Source of the DNA: Antedon mediterranea | Taxonomy: Eukaryota; Animalia; Echinodermata | Reading direction: 5' to 3' | NCBI RefSeq assembly: GCF_964355755.1 | Contig: NC_092670.1 | Span: forward strand, 13,998,795-14,062,794 | DNA length: 64,000 nt | Part shown: in pieces, positions 60,797 to 64,000 of the stretch | Layout of the letters: each line of letters begins with the position of its first letter | How positions within the stretch are numbered: position 1 is the first letter of the stretch | Notes under the pieces: generated by a model | Told to the model about the DNA's origin: nothing | Seen by the model: the letters and a program-made list of their open reading frames with translations, nothing else | The model's database searches: none | Position numbers and translations under genes: made by a program

Positions 60797-60920
60797 TTTG
60801 TATTTTAAAGACAGTAAAAAACACACACGTGGGTCGAAATTTTGTTTTTTAAAGTAAATTACGCCCTCTCTGGACCTCTATCAGTATTTGTCGTTGGGGG
60901 AGACAAACAATCATAACAAA
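60797..60920. promoter_or_regulatory. Compact bidirectional promoter of MRTO4 and the SDR gene, with E-box CACGTG at 60826-60831
   Basis: Divergent ATGs 124 bp apart; canonical E-box 30 bp upstream of the MRTO4 ATG. Confidence 0.7.
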
Positions 60921-63095
60921 ATGTTACGTTTTGTCGCCTCAAAATTGCAAGAATTTTATCATCACAACAAACAATCAAATTCGCAAACATTTGGCTCAAT
61001 GCCTTTCTTAAAGTGTATTACCTTTGTAATTGAATTGTTTGTATTATTTCAACGAATTTGGTTTGCTGTATTTAGGGTTATATGGAGGATGTTTTTCTCA
61101 GCCCCATTAAAAAATGTAGACGGAGAAAATGTGTTAGTGACAGGGGCAGCGAATGGTCTTGGCCGACTACTGTCACTGGCGTTTGCACAACTTGGGGCTA
61201 ACTTGATACTTATAGACATTGATGAAGACGGGCTTCGAGATACAGAAAAAGCAGTAAAATATTTTGGGAAAAAAGTTCGTATTTACGTGTGTGATCTTAG
61301 TCAGAGAAGTGACATTTATAGGACAGTTTCAGAAATTCAAAACGACTTTGCTGGTGTTGATTTTATTGTAAACAATGCGGGTATTGTGAGTGGAACAAAC
61401 TTTCTAGAATGCCCGGATGAGAATCTTGCAAAAATATTTGAAGTCAACACATTAGCTTATATGTGGGTAAGAAAGGGAATATGCTTATCAAAAGACCATG
61501 AATAAATTGTTGAATTGATGAATATGTTATTTGTTAAAAAAGGTTTGCATGGTGAATAAACACAGACAGTAAAAAGTTACTTACAGGACGGTTGTATTGT
61601 AGCATAAAAATCGAAACATCGAGACATTTTTAACAATCCTTATTATTTTCTGTTTTTTATGTTATGCCAATTGTTTGTTTATTTGTTGCTAGTATGATAC
61701 ACTGAACTGATACTGTTCATTCAAAACAATTACATTAAAAATTTATTTCCTCATGTTTTTAGTTTTTACACCGCAGAAATCAATTTTGTTTTAAATACAG
61801 ATAACAAAGGCGTTTCTTCCTAGCATGTTAGCCCGAAATCACGGTCACATTGTCAACATTGCGAGTACGTCTGGCTACATTGGGAGCAATGGATTAATAG
61901 ACTATTGCACTAGTAAATTTGCAACTGTTGGGTTCTCAGAATCGATACAATGTGAGTTGCGAAAGGTACGGAGAACAGGTGTCAAGGTGACGATTGTTGC
62001 TCCATCATATTTCAAGTCAGGGATGTTTGCTGGTTGCACCTCCAGGTATGCACTTGCCTAATTTATAACGTTAATGCTGATCATGCTCCATAGTTTCCCG
62101 AAAAAGAAATTGACCAATCAACAAATAAGGGCCTGCGGAAAATTACAAAAGAAAAAGTGTATAGTGTGCACTTTAAACATTAATTCATTTTGTGCTTTTT
62201 ACATTTTCTGTTTCTTAGAGGCGCCCTGCATTTTGCGCTATATAAATTGAGCATTAATATTATTATTATAATGAAAATTTGCTACTTATAATAAATAATT
62301 AAATCATTAATGATTAATTGTTAGTAAATATTAATGATTAAAAAGTTTGCACCATGCACTAAAATTTGTAAAATAAAAATATTTCAAATATTACTTTTTT
62401 TTAACATTTATTCAATATTTACCAACAATCACTTGAAATTCCTCATTTTATTTTATCAGATTTCCGAGACCACTTCATCTAGACTCAGCGGTCACTAAAA
62501 TAATGAAAGGTATCCTAAGAAATGAAGAAGTTATATTTGTACCATGGTACATGCAATATATGCCACTTCTCAAAGCGTGAGTATCATCTAAGATCTCATA
62601 AATACAATCATTCTTGTAAACTTGGTTCCTTCTTGAACTGAATGCAACAACAATTGAGTTGACCAATCACAAGCAACAGTTCTGATGATCCATTGTGTTG
62701 TGATTGGTCAAATTACTTGTGTCATGCTTATGTCCTTGAGTTGTATCCAAGTTTAAACCAAGCTAAATACATGAGCGCTTTTTGCATTAAATGGTTTCGC
62801 CTCTGCTTTATTAACCCTACTAAAAATATGCAAGTTTCCTACTTTGGCAGTATAGTATATAAGATTTGTTTCTCATCACCCTAGATGCATAGAATAAAGT
62901 TATTCCAGTAGAATGAGTGTATTCTGTACAAATACTGAGTAAATTAATTTATAATACATAAATAGATTACTGTATAATTATTATTTTTATATTTAATTTT
63001 TCAATAGACTTCTTCCTGTTCGGGCATTATTTGCGATTCTTGATTTCATCGGCACAACCAATTTCATGAGTGGCTACAAGGAAAAAGAGCAATGA
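60921..63095 (+). CDS. Short-chain dehydrogenase/reductase, SDR16C family (epidermal retinol dehydrogenase 2 / RDH10 / HSD17B11-like), 331 aa. Exons 60921-61466, 61801-62045, 62460-62576, 63008-63095
   Basis: N-terminal hydrophobic anchor, TGAANGLG, acidic LIDID (NAD-type), NNAG, GHIVNIAS, catalytic YCTSK, TGMF-like SGMFAG; GT-AG introns, 996 nt in frame. Confidence 0.93.
62622..62764. mobile_element. MITE of the AGCTTGGTTCCCA family in SDR intron 3 (another at ~63682-63818)
   Basis: TTGACCAATCACAA...TTGTGATTGGTCAA dyad, AACCAAGCT end. Confidence 0.7.
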
Positions 63096-64000
63096 ACGAC
63101 GCCAACTTTATTTTAGCTGTTAGTCAATCACTGCGTTTTAGTAAACAATTTTTTTAGGGATTTTCATAAATGACAATGGGTAAGGATACATACTGTCTCA
63201 AATAAAAGCCATGATGAGCTAAACATGGACAAGAAATGTCAATAATAATATAGTCTATCTATAAGTTATATCCATTCAAGAACAATACAAATACTGGTAT
63301 TCCAAGGGTGCTTTTTTTAAACTGCATCAGGATGTTTCAACACCCAATATAGATTATCTTCTCCAAATCAGGTACAGTACCTCATTTTAAACATGTACAG
63401 TATATTCTATGTTTCTTACAGTATCTCAGATTACCTCATTTTAATGTGTATATTCTTTTTGATAGAAGTAATTAAGTGAAAGTATATTATATTAACGGGG
63501 TATTTGTTTAAGGATGAAACGATGTCAATGCAATTGTTATTTTATAGTTTAAGCCTCCATATGTGTCAAAACAGAGTCTACATAACTGAAAATATCCCCT
63601 GTAATATCCTTCCTCTCGGGTACAGTACCTCATGGAGAGTCTGTATGGTTGACTGCAGATGTTAGCAGCCTAGCCTATTTAAGCTTGGTTTTTTAGCAAC
63701 ACAGCTTAAGCACAAAACACCATGAGTTGACCAATCATGAGCGACAGTTTGGATGATCTATCGCATCTTGATTGGTCAGATTACTCACTTGTGTTGCATC
63801 CAAGTCATAAACAAGATTTAATTCTGTCCCACCATAATGTGCTGCTCACAGTATACTGTATGTATAATTCTAAGGTGAACACCAAATGTTGAGGTGGGAG
63901 GGGGTGGATGGGAGGTAATACGTTTTCATTTCATATTAGATTATTAGCAAAATGTTATTCATATTTTAGTACAGATTATAGATACAGTATTAGGAAATAT

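Noticed and set aside
60888-60920. TTG start of ORF 60888..61505
   Set aside because: Eukaryotic gene; the first ATG is at 60921, and the ORF tail past 61466 is intron

Overview
AT-rich, repeat-dense, intron-containing animal genomic DNA (a marine invertebrate, possibly an echinoderm; this is inference). Three protein-coding genes can be assembled by hand with consistent splice phases. (1) A TRPC3/6/7-like cation channel on the minus strand has 10 firm coding exons at 6425-19132, one GC-AG intron, a probable extra 60-nt exon, and an unresolved first exon with phase-compatible candidates at about 37.1, 39.0 and 52.6 kb. (2) MRTO4 on the minus strand has 7 exons and 235 aa. (3) An SDR16C-type retinol/17-beta-HSD-like dehydrogenase on the plus strand has 4 exons and 331 aa, head-to-head with MRTO4 with only 124 bp between the ATGs. 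The rest is MITEs (PIF/Harbinger-like, Kolobok-like, Helentron-derived), LINE/SINE remnants and tandem repeats. The most unusual observations are: the TRPC C-terminal motif plus its TGA stop is tandemly reiterated in frame (ENPDYV* QNCDYV* LNVNYA*), suggesting serial stop-codon readthrough; a 3-kb foldback element in a TRPC intron has arms made of 162-bp YY1-motif-rich repeats and a spacer holding a decayed tRNA-like sequence and a hammerhead-ribozyme remnant; and the palindrome TAGGCCTA is strongly over-represented. No prokaryotic features or CRISPR arrays are present. All analysis was by eye.
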